Virus record (IMG/VR): IMGVR_UViG_2778261689_000001
Location: 38,553 to 102,552 of that record
Reading direction: 5' to 3' (one strand)
Length of the DNA stretch: 64,000 nucleotides
Origin: a virus
Lineage: Duplodnaviria; Heunggongvirae; Uroviricota; Caudoviricetes
In this document: in pieces, positions 37,735 to 47,931 of the stretch
How the letters are laid out: each line of letters starts with the position of its first letter
Position numbering within the stretch: position 1 is the stretch's first letter
Notes under the pieces: generated by a model
Databases searched by the model: none
What the model was told of the DNA's origin: nothing
Seen by the model: only the letters and a program-made list of their open reading frames with translations
Position numbers and translations under genes: made by a program

Positions 37735-39171
37735 TTACACCTGTGCGACGTTATACCATGTGCCATTGATGTATTTTTGTATTGGTCTGAAGATGGCTTC
37801 ATCATCGCCATCTACTTCACCAATGATTCTTAATCCGGTAATTGCGTGCCCGGCTTTTTCATAACGACCACCACGCGCCATCAATTGAACAACACGCGTA
37901 CCCAGGCGAACATCTTTTACATAGCGTGAATCAAAATTCCCCCAGTTGCTGGGCTGTATCTGACCGTTAACAGAAAATATTACCGAGTTATCTGTATTTC
38001 GCTGGCTATAGAAATGCCATCCTGCCTCATCGCCTAACTCTGCAACTACTGGACGGGTTGAAGCACCCCATAAATTAAACGTTGCATTCTTTGTGGAGGT
38101 GTTGGAGCTGGATAGCGAGAACTTTTTACTATCACCTGCCTGAATGTTTTTAAAAGCAATAGCAACTCCATTCTGAAAGCGGAATACTCGCTGACTATTA
38201 GCGTAAACATCCAGAATACCATCACCATTCTGTTTGAATCCGGTGTCATTATCACCAAGAACAATAGAGCTACCACCTAACGCATTCGTCGTACCAACTC
38301 CAAGACTGCCATTAATGACGGCATTTACCAGAATATTTAGTGCATCCCATTTCAGCGTCATCAGGTCTTTTGTTGTGGTGCTCCGGCGGCTTCTCCATTT
38401 GAAATATTCATTGCCGTTGTCGCCTGTTTCAAACCACATGTATGAATCAGTGTCGCTGTCGGCATCATTTTTAAATCCAATCTTTGCCCAGTCAGTATTT
38501 CGAATCCAGGCAAGGATTGAGTCGTTTTCAAAAGTAAGTCCGCCGGACAAGATATCGCCTGAACGCTGAACGGCATTATTTGCTTTATTAATAAATTCCT
38601 GTAGATTTAAATCTTCCGCCGTTAGCTCAATATTTTTAGAACCATCAAACGAGACACCGTTGATAGTACATGCTGTCTGCAACTTGGTCGCTGTAGCCGC
38701 ATTACCAGAGGTATCCTGATCCCCTTTGGCATTGACGCCGGGAATTGAATCTTTTGACGTATAGACCTGCGCCCATTCAGACCAGTTGGCAGAATCAGTA
38801 TCCCGCCGCGAACGGATATGTACGGGCGCATGGGCACCGCTCGTGCCACTCCAGCCAATGAATAACTCACCTTCGCCAGCAGCGGTGGCACCTTTAAGGT
38901 GAAGCACATTGCCATAGGGGGAAGGGTAGCCATTGTTGTATGCCTCATACAGCTGAATCCCGGATGTTCCCTGTGCATTCGCCTCCAGGGCCGTTACGCG
39001 ACCGCGCGATACCAGAGTATTGATATTAATGTCACCAGAACCATCGAACCTGACGCCATTAATGTTTCTGGCTGTTTTCAATTTAGTTGCGGTATCGGCG
39101 TTCCCTGTCAGCGCCCCGGTGATCCCGCCGTTGAAAGTCTGGCGTGCACTCCATGTGTTAGCCGTGCTCAA
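37735..39171 (-). CDS. Alternative tail-fibre variable segment (Sv'), promoterless; expressed only after Cin inversion fuses it to Sc
   Basis: Begins within the right inverted repeat with the same junction peptide as Sv, then diverges; the coding segment extends up to cixR. Confidence 0.7.
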   Translation of the reverse strand: MSTANTWSARQTFNGGITGALTGNADTATKLKTARNINGVRFDGSGDININTLVSRGRVTALEANAQGTSGIQLYEAYNNGYPSPYGNVLHLKGATAAGEGELFIGWSGTSGAHAPVHIRSRRDTDSANWSEWAQVYTSKDSIPGVNAKGDQDTSGNAATATKLQTACTINGVSFDGSKNIELTAEDLNLQEFINKANNAVQRSGDILSGGLTFENDSILAWIRNTDWAKIGFKNDADSDTDSYMWFETGDNGNEYFKWRSRRSTTTKDLMTLKWDALNILVNAVINGSLGVGTTNALGGSSIVLGDNDTGFKQNGDGILDVYANSQRVFRFQNGVAIAFKNIQAGDSKKFSLSSSNTSTKNATFNLWGASTRPVVAELGDEAGWHFYSQRNTDNSVIFSVNGQIQPSNWGNFDSRYVKDVRLGTRVVQLMARGGRYEKAGHAITGLRIIGEVDGDDEAIFRPIQKYINGTWYNVAQV

Positions 39172-39213
39172 CAGGGGGATCTTTTCACCGCTGGTACCGA
39201 GTTCTCTTAAACC
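39063..39213. repeat. Right copy of the about 150-bp inverted repeat bounding the invertible C-segment
   Basis: Reverse complement matches 35362-35512. Confidence 0.8.
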
Positions 39214-39227
39214 AAGGTTTAGGATTG
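39202..39227. other. cixR: 26-bp Cin crossover site (ttctcttaaacc-aa-ggtttaggattg)
   Basis: Inner half-site is the exact reverse complement of the inner half of cixL; overlaps the cin stop codon. Confidence 0.6.
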
Positions 39228-39779
39228 AAATGATGACGCCGGAAACTTCTTATAAAGAGTGGAAACAGCCACATCATAGATGATTGCAACCTGCTTACGG
39301 GGGATGCCCTTCTCCAGCAATCGCCGCATTTGCTGCCATGTTTCTTTCTGGTATTTAGGCCGACGCCCACCTATTCGACCTTCTGCGCGAGCTGCATCAA
39401 GTCCAGCGCGTGTACGTTCAACAATAAGTTCACGTTCCATTTCTGCCAGCGCCCCCATTACGTGAAAGAAAAAGCGCCCCATTGGTGTACTGGTGTCGAT
39501 GGAGTCAGTGAGACTCCGGAAGTTAATGCCTCTGTCACGCAGCTCTTCCACCAGCACAACTAAGTGACGCATGCTGCGCCCAAGACGATCTAACTTCCAT
39601 ACGACCAGGGTGTCACCTCTGGAAAGCATACGAAGAACCTTTTTTAACCCAGGGCGTTCAGCCTTTTTGCCGCTCGCCTTGTCCTCAAAAATTAGCTCAC
39701 ATCCTGCGCTTTCAAGGGCATTTCGTTGTAAAGCAGTGTTTTGTTCATTTGTTGATACGCGTACATAGCCTATTAGCAT
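39219..39779 (-). CDS. cin: Cin serine recombinase (DNA invertase of the Hin/Gin/Cin family)
   Basis: 186 aa; MLIGYVRVSTNEQN with the catalytic Ser; C-terminal helix-turn-helix; adjacent to the cix site. Confidence 0.9.
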   Translation of the reverse strand: MLIGYVRVSTNEQNTALQRNALESAGCELIFEDKASGKKAERPGLKKVLRMLSRGDTLVVWKLDRLGRSMRHLVVLVEELRDRGINFRSLTDSIDTSTPMGRFFFHVMGALAEMERELIVERTRAGLDAARAEGRIGGRRPKYQKETWQQMRRLLEKGIPRKQVAIIYDVAVSTLYKKFPASSFQS

Positions 39780-39906
39780 ATTTTCTGCTCACTATCGTTA
39801 TTTATAGCAAGCTGCTGATTTTAATTAACAAAAACCAGTATGTGTGGAAATCACAAAGTACATACCGTTTCCCAATGAGATTTAATTCACTATTGAGGAA
39901 ATAGTT

Positions 39907-40188
39907 ATGTTTGATTTCACAATAATGCTCCTCTCCATCCTTGGCGGGGTGCATTCGTTTCTGAATGGGGTTCGTGAAAAACGTTACGAAGCGTCATGCA
40001 GGCAATTGATGGCCGAGTGTATTGCTGCCGTACTTGCAGGCTTTATAGGCATGTATTTCGCGGAATATAAGGGTATGGATGAAAGTCTTCAGAATTGCGT
40101 GACTATTATTTGCAGCATCAATAACAGGCTCATTCTTGAAAAGTCACAAAGGATTATCGATTCGTACCTCAATAGAAATGCCTCTTAA
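39907..40188 (+). CDS. Small membrane protein (lysis-cluster, holin/antiholin-like)
   Basis: 93 aa with two hydrophobic helices; first gene after cin. Confidence 0.4.
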   Translation: MFDFTIMLLSILGGVHSFLNGVREKRYEASCRQLMAECIAAVLAGFIGMYFAEYKGMDESLQNCVTIICSINNRLILEKSQRIIDSYLNRNAS

Positions 40189-40206
40189 GCAACAAATGAC
40201 CGGTTG

Positions 40207-40227
40207 AGAAGTTACTTTGCATACCAT
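40207..40227 (+). promoter_or_regulatory. Weak late-promoter motif (agaagttact-N5-taccat) upstream of the holin-like gene
   Basis: One mismatch to the box seen at the tail-fibre promoter; a further weaker copy (agaagttacg) lies at 40975-40984 before the hdf/darA genes. Confidence 0.3.
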
Positions 40228-40255
40228 TACCTCCTGACAACGTAGGAGGGAACTT

Positions 40256-40585
40256 GTGCTTGACACACAGGAATTAGCTCCAGTTGCTATTGCGCTCCTG
40301 CTTTCAGTAATTGGTGGGATAGGCACGTTCCTGATGGATGTCCGAGACGGTCGCCAGTCTGGTAATTTGTTGGGATTGGTTACGGAGATCTTTGTTGCAG
40401 TGACAGCTGGCGCGGTGGCGTACCTATTGGGGCAACACGAGGGCTGGGAGTTATCAATTACGTACTTAATGGTAACGATAGCCAGCAATAACGGTCATGA
40501 GGTGATTTCAGGGATGAAACGAGTGAATATCGATAGCATTCTGAATGTTCTTACAAGTTTGGTGAAAAAGGGAGGCGGGAAATGA
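40256..40585 (+). CDS. Holin-like membrane protein (P1 LydA-like, by size and position)
   Basis: 109 aa; GTG start after a GGAGGG RBS; two or three TM segments. Confidence 0.5.
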   Translation: MLDTQELAPVAIALLLSVIGGIGTFLMDVRDGRQSGNLLGLVTEIFVAVTAGAVAYLLGQHEGWELSITYLMVTIASNNGHEVISGMKRVNIDSILNVLTSLVKKGGGK

Positions 40586-41025
40586 TTGGCTGGGGTGTAT
40601 GCGTTCTTGCGTTAGCCTTAGCCGATCGCTATTTGCTAAAACGCAAGGACATCACACATTTAGAACTTGGTGATGTGGAAATTAAACCGGGTTTCATCCG
40701 GGTGCCGTTCAAATACCGGTCTAAATTCCCGTTTTTGCGCGGCGCAACGGTCAGATATTGGATCCGCGATGTTCAGAAGCCGACGACAGTGATTGAAGGC
40801 GAACAACGTTGTTTGACGTCGGCTGAACAGGGCGAAAACAGTGAATGGTTGTACATACCCACTGAATATATGGGTAAAGGAGAGCGACTGTGGCATTTCA
40901 ACGTCATGGTTACGCATGGCGACTCGTTCATTAACCCGTTGTATCGGATTTTCCCTGTTACTCAGCAAATCCGCAGAAGTTACGTAATAAATCTCGCACA
41001 GGATGTGTCAGATGACGAAAAATAA
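40582..41025 (+). CDS. Antiholin-like / lysis-regulator protein (P1 LydB position)
   Basis: 147 aa; 4-bp overlap with the holin-like gene; N-terminal hydrophobic segment. Confidence 0.45.
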   Translation: MIGWGVCVLALALADRYLLKRKDITHLELGDVEIKPGFIRVPFKYRSKFPFLRGATVRYWIRDVQKPTTVIEGEQRCLTSAEQGENSEWLYIPTEYMGKGERLWHFNVMVTHGDSFINPLYRIFPVTQQIRRSYVINLAQDVSDDEK

Positions 41026-41614
41026 GTATGCAACGGTCGATTTTGACCAGGTTAATGAAAAGGGGCTGAAATCCCTTATCGCGGCGATCAATAAAACCGG
41101 TGTTACGGTAATTGAGGTTGACTCCAGCAACCGCGCAACAACGAAAGATGGGGTTAAAGTTAAAACCGCAAAGCTGGTTCTTAACGACGGACAAATTCTT
41201 GCCATACAGGTAAACGATACTGGCGATATATCGGCAGTGAAACTGAATGGAAAAGCTATTCCTAACGCACAGTCGCCAGATATCAAGACGCTTGGTACCG
41301 TCATGGGGCAAGCGGCCCGCAAAAACTCCGCAAAATTCCAGAAATCACTGATCGCCAAAGCGAAGCGTGTTGCTAATCCGGTAGACAAGAAACCAGCAGT
41401 TAAATCCAACTTTCAGCGCCTGCAAGAGGCAAAACAGCGGAATGCTCAGGTGGTTGCCGCTTATAAGTCCGCGCAGAACTCGGTGTCTTTCAATCAACAG
41501 CAGATCACTGATTTGCGGGCGAAGCTGGATAAGGAGACAGGCCGACTCAATAACGAAAAGGCCCGAAATGGCGAACTCAAACGCCGTCTTAAGCAACTGA
41601 AAGCAGGAAATTAA
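41003..41614 (+). CDS. Head-associated Dar-operon protein (P1 Hdf position)
   Basis: 203 aa; basic coiled-coil C-terminus; precedes the DarA-like gene. Confidence 0.5.
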   Translation: MCQMTKNKYATVDFDQVNEKGLKSLIAAINKTGVTVIEVDSSNRATTKDGVKVKTAKLVLNDGQILAIQVNDTGDISAVKLNGKAIPNAQSPDIKTLGTVMGQAARKNSAKFQKSLIAKAKRVANPVDKKPAVKSNFQRLQEAKQRNAQVVAAYKSAQNSVSFNQQQITDLRAKLDKETGRLNNEKARNGELKRRLKQLKAGN

Positions 41615-41615
41615 C

Positions 41616-43535
41616 ATGGAACAGTTCAATATCAATAAAGGGGTGACGATCAAACCTGGGCTTGACGTGCTTCCCCCGCCAGTGACTGATGATGAATATC
41701 GCGCATTAATGGCCGGTGAGGACCGCTATCTGATGACGGAATCCAACACCCTGGAGGAAATCGAGGCTACGTTCTTCTATGACACGCCGATCCACTGGTG
41801 TGCTACGGATTTACTGGAGGCGATTAGTTCTACTCGTTTGCAGTTACACCGGACCATGCAGGCATTTGTCCGGGCATTGAACCAGAAGCTGAATGGTACC
41901 GGAATCTCTGCGGGGAGTGATAAAACGGGGGATGTGGCCCAGAGCGGCGCGCGCGCGATCGGCGGCGCTGAAATTGGCCGGGCACGTAACGTTAACGGGC
42001 TGCCAGTCCTGCCAGCCATTATTCCGCTCAGTGATGGTCAGACTATCAGCATTCTGTTTCATAGCCCGACAGCGGAAAACCGGATCACCAATAGCGATAC
42101 GCTGGTTGCTTTCCAGTTCTTACTGAATAAAAAAGACGTTACTCACACCGTTGCTCCGATGAGTGGACGTGATATGACGCTGGCGCAGGTCACCATGAAA
42201 CTTGCCAACCTTGCAGAGAAAAACTCGGCAAAATTCCAGCGTGCGCAGAAGAAGAAAAAAGCCCTTGTTGATGAAATAACCCAACTACAGGCTGACAGTG
42301 ACCAGAAAGAGGATGCCATGAGCGACCTCGCGGATCAGGTGGCAGCGGTAGAAGGGCAGAAGGCAGATCTGGAGCAGAAAATTAACGCTGTTGCATCGGA
42401 AGCGGATTCTCTTTATGAAGAGAATGAGCGTTTGCAGACGGAGATTGATCAGCTCAATCGCACTGGTGGGCGCGAAACCATTGCTCCTGCGGGGATGACT
42501 GGTGGACACTCTCGCGCGATGACGGATCGCCTTGCCAGTATCAAAAATCGTATGCATATGAACGGGGAAGTGACGCTCAGTAATGGTGCATCAATGAAGC
42601 AATTCATTGAGGACGGCGAAGGGTATATCCAGTTAACCGATTCGGATGGCAGCGTGTACATGATCAAGGCTAAATCCATACAGGGTGTGGACATGGCAGA
42701 TGCGATCGGCAAGCTGTTTAAAGCCTATAAAGCGGGTAATGTATCGGAATATCTGGTCCAACCAGAAGAACATAAACCGGAAAACGTCGAACCTGAATCA
42801 GCGGAGGATACCGGTAGCTCTTTGCCTGAACCAGAAGTCTCTGTAGGTGCATATCGATATGCCCTGCAAATGCGTCCGGCGGCCCCTGGCGCAATACCTG
42901 AAGGTAACAAAGCAATTCTGCCGCGCCCTGATGAAGGTGACCCGTATTATGAATATGCACGCTACGGCATTGTTACTTACGATACCCCGCTTTCTGATCA
43001 GCAAATGAGTGAGTACGACCTGAAGTTATTGCCTCGCGAGGATTCTTTCGACTTCCTGGCGAAGACACTTACTAATGGTCCGTTTGGCAAATATGCACAA
43101 AAAGCTCTGGAGCTGGCCACCAGCTCACCAGACGAGTTCCGCGTAATGCTGAAAACTCAGTTTCAAAAAACTTTCCCCAATATTGCGTTTCCAGGGGGCG
43201 CTGGCATCGAGAAAATGGTGCAGAGCATGATCAATGCATTGCAGGCCGAAGTCGGTGAGATTACTCAACCAGAACCGGTCCCGGCACAGCCTGATGAAAC
43301 GGTTAGCGAAGCAGATGCAGAGGCTAATAAAGCCATTGAATATCTCAATAGCGTGATGGATATGCAAAGCACTGACATGGCGGAGATCCGTAACGCCCGG
43401 GGTAATGTCCGGGAAGCGATTGCAGCCCTTCAGGCTGCCGGGCGTTTTGAGGAAAACGAAGAGCTGGTTAATGGCGCAGCTCGCCACCTGGCTGATCTGC
43501 TGGTAGCAATCCAGAAAGCGGGGGTAGCGGCATGA
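41616..43535 (+). CDS. darA: DarA-like internal head/antirestriction protein
   Basis: 639 aa, the length I recall for P1 DarA; central coiled-coil; operon position between the hdf-like and ddr-like genes. Confidence 0.55.
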   Translation: MEQFNINKGVTIKPGLDVLPPPVTDDEYRALMAGEDRYLMTESNTLEEIEATFFYDTPIHWCATDLLEAISSTRLQLHRTMQAFVRALNQKLNGTGISAGSDKTGDVAQSGARAIGGAEIGRARNVNGLPVLPAIIPLSDGQTISILFHSPTAENRITNSDTLVAFQFLLNKKDVTHTVAPMSGRDMTLAQVTMKLANLAEKNSAKFQRAQKKKKALVDEITQLQADSDQKEDAMSDLADQVAAVEGQKADLEQKINAVASEADSLYEENERLQTEIDQLNRTGGRETIAPAGMTGGHSRAMTDRLASIKNRMHMNGEVTLSNGASMKQFIEDGEGYIQLTDSDGSVYMIKAKSIQGVDMADAIGKLFKAYKAGNVSEYLVQPEEHKPENVEPESAEDTGSSLPEPEVSVGAYRYALQMRPAAPGAIPEGNKAILPRPDEGDPYYEYARYGIVTYDTPLSDQQMSEYDLKLLPREDSFDFLAKTLTNGPFGKYAQKALELATSSPDEFRVMLKTQFQKTFPNIAFPGGAGIEKMVQSMINALQAEVGEITQPEPVPAQPDETVSEADAEANKAIEYLNSVMDMQSTDMAEIRNARGNVREAIAALQAAGRFEENEELVNGAARHLADLLVAIQKAGVAA

Positions 43536-43897
43536 CACTATCAGCGATTGAGTTAATGGACCTCAGCGATAAGTTGGATGCTCTGATGTCCAAAGCGGCT
43601 ACCGCGAGTGGCATGGAGTTGCTGGATATCAGCGATGAAATTGACCAGATCATGCAACAGATGGGGTACGGCGCGTCTGGCGGCGGTAGTGGCGAAGAAA
43701 AACAACCTTCGGAACATGATGGTGTGCCAAAACTGGTTGCTGAATTCCTGGCTGATAAATTCGTCGATCAGAGCACTGATGCATTTATCGGTACGTTACA
43801 GGACTTGAGTCAATATGTTGGCACATACATCGACCTGGACCAGGTTAAACAGCACACGGCGGCATGGATAGCCGCCAACATTAAAGAGGCAGCATAA
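43532..43897 (+). CDS. Small acidic Dar-operon protein (P1 DdrA position)
   Basis: 121 aa; 4-bp overlap with the darA-like gene. Confidence 0.5.
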   Translation: MTLSAIELMDLSDKLDALMSKAATASGMELLDISDEIDQIMQQMGYGASGGGSGEEKQPSEHDGVPKLVAEFLADKFVDQSTDAFIGTLQDLSQYVGTYIDLDQVKQHTAAWIAANIKEAA

Positions 43898-43909
43898 GGC
43901 GTAACAGGG

Positions 43910-46897
43910 ATGAGCTTAAGCGATCAGGTGGTAATGGCCACCAGCATAGAAACGCTGATCGAGCTGCTAAAAAACCTGCCCGATTTCGGGCGGGTTTCGT
44001 ATGTGGTGACAGCGAAGGGAGACGAGGTAAAAACAGCGTTTGATATCGTCGATGCCTCAGCTCTTTTGGTATCCAATACTCTGGACGGGAAAATTAATCC
44101 GGACTATCCCCAGGAACTTCAGCCGCGCGACCGGACCCGCGCATCCAGCCTTCTTCAGGTTAACCAGATATCCAAGGATTTGCGGCCTGCTCAGCTTACC
44201 GATTCCGGTTTATCCAGCCATGGAGCGCCGATAATTGGTGAGGACAATGCCGTTGAGTCAGGTAATGGACGGACCATGGGGATCATCAAAGCCTATCAGG
44301 ACGGCAATGCGGATCGGTATCGTGAGTACCTGATTGATCATGCGACCGAATTCGGCATACGACCTGAAAAGGTTGAATCAATGGCGGCTCCGGTACTGGT
44401 GCGCCGCCGGTTAACTAAGGTTGACCGCGTTCAGTTTGCCAAGGACTCAAATATTTCTGATCTTCAGGAAATGGCAGCCAGTGAAAAGGCTTTTGTTGAT
44501 GCCGACAACATAACTTCGGCGATGATGGCGCTGTTTAACCCGTCAGAAAGCGGAGATCTGCTTAGCCGCAGTAATGACGCGTTTATCCGCGGATTCATGA
44601 CGCAAGTTGGTGCCACACAGGCTGCTGGCCTTGTAACGGAAGATGGGCGACCAACACGGCAACTTGTAGACCGTATACAAAACGCGATCTTTGCCAAGGC
44701 ATATAAGGATGCGCGCCTGGTAAGGATGGTTGCAGAAGAACCTGATCCAGATATGCGTAATGTTCTGACGGCGCTTAATGCGGCAGCCAATGATTTTGTC
44801 CAGATGCAGGCTTTATCAGGTGAAGCGCACAAGCAGGCTGTGACAACTATTGTTGATGGTATTGAGACAGCGGATAGTCTCGATAAAAAGGCGCTGGCGG
44901 CATTGAAAGATGCGGTAGACCTGGTAAGGCAATCGAAGGAGTCAGGCCAACATATTACCGATGTTATTGCTCAGGGGGATATGTTCAGCGAAACAGCCCC
45001 GGAAGTGAAAGCTCTCGCGTTATTCATCGTCGCGAATAACCGTAGCGCGAAGCGTATGGCCACCGCCTTTAAATTGATGGCTCAACGTATCAATGATGAG
45101 TTACAGCACCAGTGCCAGGCGCTGGGGGATATGTTTGGCGGTGGTGATGTGTCGTTACAGGATATCCTTCGCCAGGTGTCTCAGGAACTGGAAAACGAAG
45201 GCATGCAAGGGATATCCGGCGGTCTTTTCGAGTCCGTTTCCGGCGGTAGTTACAACGGTGTTGCTCCATATACCAGTTTGCTATTACATCGGGCATCCGG
45301 CATCAAAGACATTATTCATCTGATCAGGCTGCTTTCCCGTACAGATCCCCAGGATGAACAGCTTGTTCAAGTGCTTGCGCATTTTGTTCGAATGCCTGTT
45401 GCCGACGTGAAAAAATGGTGCCGATTATTCGGTATCAGCAATTCGTTACTTCGCGGCTTGTTAAATCACGCATCCTCCCTTGGGCGCGATGGCTTTGACG
45501 AGATAGCGCAGGCGATAAAAAACGGAGATATGCCACCAGCTATTGACTGGTTTTCCATTCGCCCAACCAGGGTGAAAGCATTCCTTAGCGCGGCGCATTC
45601 GGCATCACCATTGGCAGAAATGGTTCAGAGGTTGTCGCTCATATTCACAGACCATACCGCGTTGGGTGATCTGACTCTGGACGAGATGAAAGAAGCCTCC
45701 ATTCAGTGGGCCGATCAACAAAATGAGGTTAACTCAGACTTCTTGCCAGCATTCAGGAAGGCCGTTAGTAAAGCGGATGATGCCCGTGGAATTCTGAAGG
45801 CATTTAAGGCATTGCAAAGTCGGGTTAATAAACATGTCGGTGATATCGATGGGGTAACGGCGGAAGGCAGGGATATCCTTAAAGAGCACGGTATAACGCC
45901 AGAGTTTATTGATGAGATCAGGACGGATATGCAGCGTGAGGTCGTATCGTCCCTGCAAATTGTAGCCAGAGCATTGGCGGATGCTAATCCGAAGAGTGCG
46001 GCCATTGTTAACCGGGTTATTGGTGATATTGAAGCATCGGAGGGCATGGGGGCGCTGAAACTCTTCCTTTCGCGAGCGTTTAATCCTAACGGCAATATTC
46101 TCCCTGGCATTATTGGTGAGGCTAAAAGGTATGTCAGTGAAGAAGAACTTGAGCAGCTTGACCAACTACTTAAGCGATTCTCATATAACCCGCAGACACG
46201 CTGGCAAATGAATCAGCGAAGTATGGGTTCGGTCCACGAGAAAGTGTTATCTGCCATGAACAGTGCGATCGCAAACTCATCCGTATCTGAAGAAAAAGCT
46301 CTTGAGTGGGCCGACTCTTTTATCACGGAAGAAGTGGAAGAAGCCCGCGCTGGACAGAATGGTGGGATAGACCTGCGCAAGGAACTTGCTGATATTTATC
46401 GCCTGACCGGCGGTAAAATTTCGACCTTATCAAAGGTGGTTCACCACCAGGGAAGGGCATATGCAAATCTTAATGGTGTTGTTGCTGTCAATTTGAACGA
46501 TGAAAATGCAAGTGCACTGTGGCACGAGCTGGGTCATCATCTTGAGTACAGTAACCCTGGTTTGTTAGAGAAAGCCCGGTCATTCCTGAAGGCCAATGTT
46601 GAAGGGGATAAGCCATCTTTCGTTAATATCGGTGGGCGTGGCAAGCCTGAATGGTGCTTCAGATCTCGATTGAGTAATATTTATATGGCGAAGGTATACC
46701 CGCCAGCCTCAGTGAGTAACTCCGGGAAAATTCGGCAGAAAGCACCGACTATTTCAAAAACATCAGCAACGGAAGTATTCTCTATGGCTCTTCAGTTGTA
46801 TCATGACAAAGAGGCCGCTGCCGCATCACTGATGAATGGTGACGGATTGCTGGAACTGTTATTAGGTGTGGCAAAGGAGCTAAATAATGCAGATTAA
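43910..46897 (+). CDS. Large Dar-operon protein (P1 DdrB position) with an HExxH zinc-metallopeptidase-like motif
   Basis: 995 aa; WHELGHHLEYS near the C-terminus. Confidence 0.55.
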   Translation: MSLSDQVVMATSIETLIELLKNLPDFGRVSYVVTAKGDEVKTAFDIVDASALLVSNTLDGKINPDYPQELQPRDRTRASSLLQVNQISKDLRPAQLTDSGLSSHGAPIIGEDNAVESGNGRTMGIIKAYQDGNADRYREYLIDHATEFGIRPEKVESMAAPVLVRRRLTKVDRVQFAKDSNISDLQEMAASEKAFVDADNITSAMMALFNPSESGDLLSRSNDAFIRGFMTQVGATQAAGLVTEDGRPTRQLVDRIQNAIFAKAYKDARLVRMVAEEPDPDMRNVLTALNAAANDFVQMQALSGEAHKQAVTTIVDGIETADSLDKKALAALKDAVDLVRQSKESGQHITDVIAQGDMFSETAPEVKALALFIVANNRSAKRMATAFKLMAQRINDELQHQCQALGDMFGGGDVSLQDILRQVSQELENEGMQGISGGLFESVSGGSYNGVAPYTSLLLHRASGIKDIIHLIRLLSRTDPQDEQLVQVLAHFVRMPVADVKKWCRLFGISNSLLRGLLNHASSLGRDGFDEIAQAIKNGDMPPAIDWFSIRPTRVKAFLSAAHSASPLAEMVQRLSLIFTDHTALGDLTLDEMKEASIQWADQQNEVNSDFLPAFRKAVSKADDARGILKAFKALQSRVNKHVGDIDGVTAEGRDILKEHGITPEFIDEIRTDMQREVVSSLQIVARALADANPKSAAIVNRVIGDIEASEGMGALKLFLSRAFNPNGNILPGIIGEAKRYVSEEELEQLDQLLKRFSYNPQTRWQMNQRSMGSVHEKVLSAMNSAIANSSVSEEKALEWADSFITEEVEEARAGQNGGIDLRKELADIYRLTGGKISTLSKVVHHQGRAYANLNGVVAVNLNDENASALWHELGHHLEYSNPGLLEKARSFLKANVEGDKPSFVNIGGRGKPEWCFRSRLSNIYMAKVYPPASVSNSGKIRQKAPTISKTSATEVFSMALQLYHDKEAAAASLMNGDGLLELLLGVAKELNNAD

Positions 46898-47192
46898 AAT
46901 CGCAGCGCCATTAGGCGGAGATGCCATTATCGAATTTGATGATAATGAAGAAGTTTCCGGGCGTTTAAGCATTATCTCCGGTGACATTACCGAGGACATG
47001 ATCGCTGAAGCCATAGCTGGGGCAAATCCCAATAGCTATATGGGATTCGTTAACACCCTTGATGCTCCCGCAAGTGATGTTCTCCGAACGCTGCATCTTT
47101 ACGCTGGCTGGTTTGTCGATTGGCCAGCAGTAGAGGGTGGCGATGAGGACGACGATGATTTTGGGGATCATGTAGACCAGATCGTATATTAA
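46887..47192 (+). CDS. Small acidic protein (hypothetical), last gene of the Dar operon
   Basis: 101 aa; acidic C-terminus GGDEDDDDFGDH. Confidence 0.45.
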   Translation: MQIKIAAPLGGDAIIEFDDNEEVSGRLSIISGDITEDMIAEAIAGANPNSYMGFVNTLDAPASDVLRTLHLYAGWFVDWPAVEGGDEDDDDFGDHVDQIVY

Positions 47193-47804
47193 CTCCCTGA
47201 TAGTGCACAAATAATCTGTTCTGATATGTTAATTGTGTACTTAAAGTAAACGCGTAGTGGCTTGCTTTAGGTTATGGAAGCAAGCTATTGCCTAATATGT
47301 TAGATCAAAAAATTTTAATTTTTGCGTTTCGCTCACCACATATTGAACACTTTAGCCGATCTTTTAATTCTTCCAGAGTCAATCCTGAAGCTACATATTG
47401 TTTAATATCTCTTCGTCATTGCATATTCAGAGGGTAAAGATATACACATACTAAAATGAATTGGCTTAGCTCGTTATTAATCAGAATTCGATGAGACTAC
47501 TCCATTTTAGGGAATAACATGTATAACTAAAACACATCGTCTTTAACTCTCACAATATAGATTCAGTTTAATACCCAATCGACAGTAATTAATTTGACTC
47601 TACTTTTTAAGTAGATTTCAAATCCACATCCATTAAAACCCTATTAATTAACAGACTATCTATTTTTGCAGTTATTATTTTTGTGCTAATTTAATTGTTT
47701 GTCTTTTGTGCTTATTGTTGATTGTGTTTTGTTCTATTTTGTCAATTTTTATTCTGTGAATTGAGATTTTTCTAATAGTCCATTGGGTTTTCAAGGTTAT
47801 TATT

Positions 47805-47820
47805 TGTGATTTTGATCACA
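47805..47820. promoter_or_regulatory. Perfect CRP-type site tgtga-ttttga-tcaca upstream of the porin gene
   Basis: Exact TGTGA-N6-TCACA palindrome 112 bp upstream of the porin ATG within a very AT-rich 700-bp region. Confidence 0.4.
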
Positions 47821-47931
47821 AAAATACCTTGATTTTTATTTGCAAAACTTGAAACACGAATCCAAAAAAGATAAACATTTGTCCGCAGTGACCTCTTTTC
47901 TACTGAAAAGTTCAATCTAAAGGGCAAAAAA

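Noticed and set aside
47200-47930. AT-rich region considered as a degraded insertion sequence (P1 has IS1 near here)
   Set aside because: No transposase-like ORF and no terminal inverted repeats were found; the region looks like a porin promoter and regulatory region instead.
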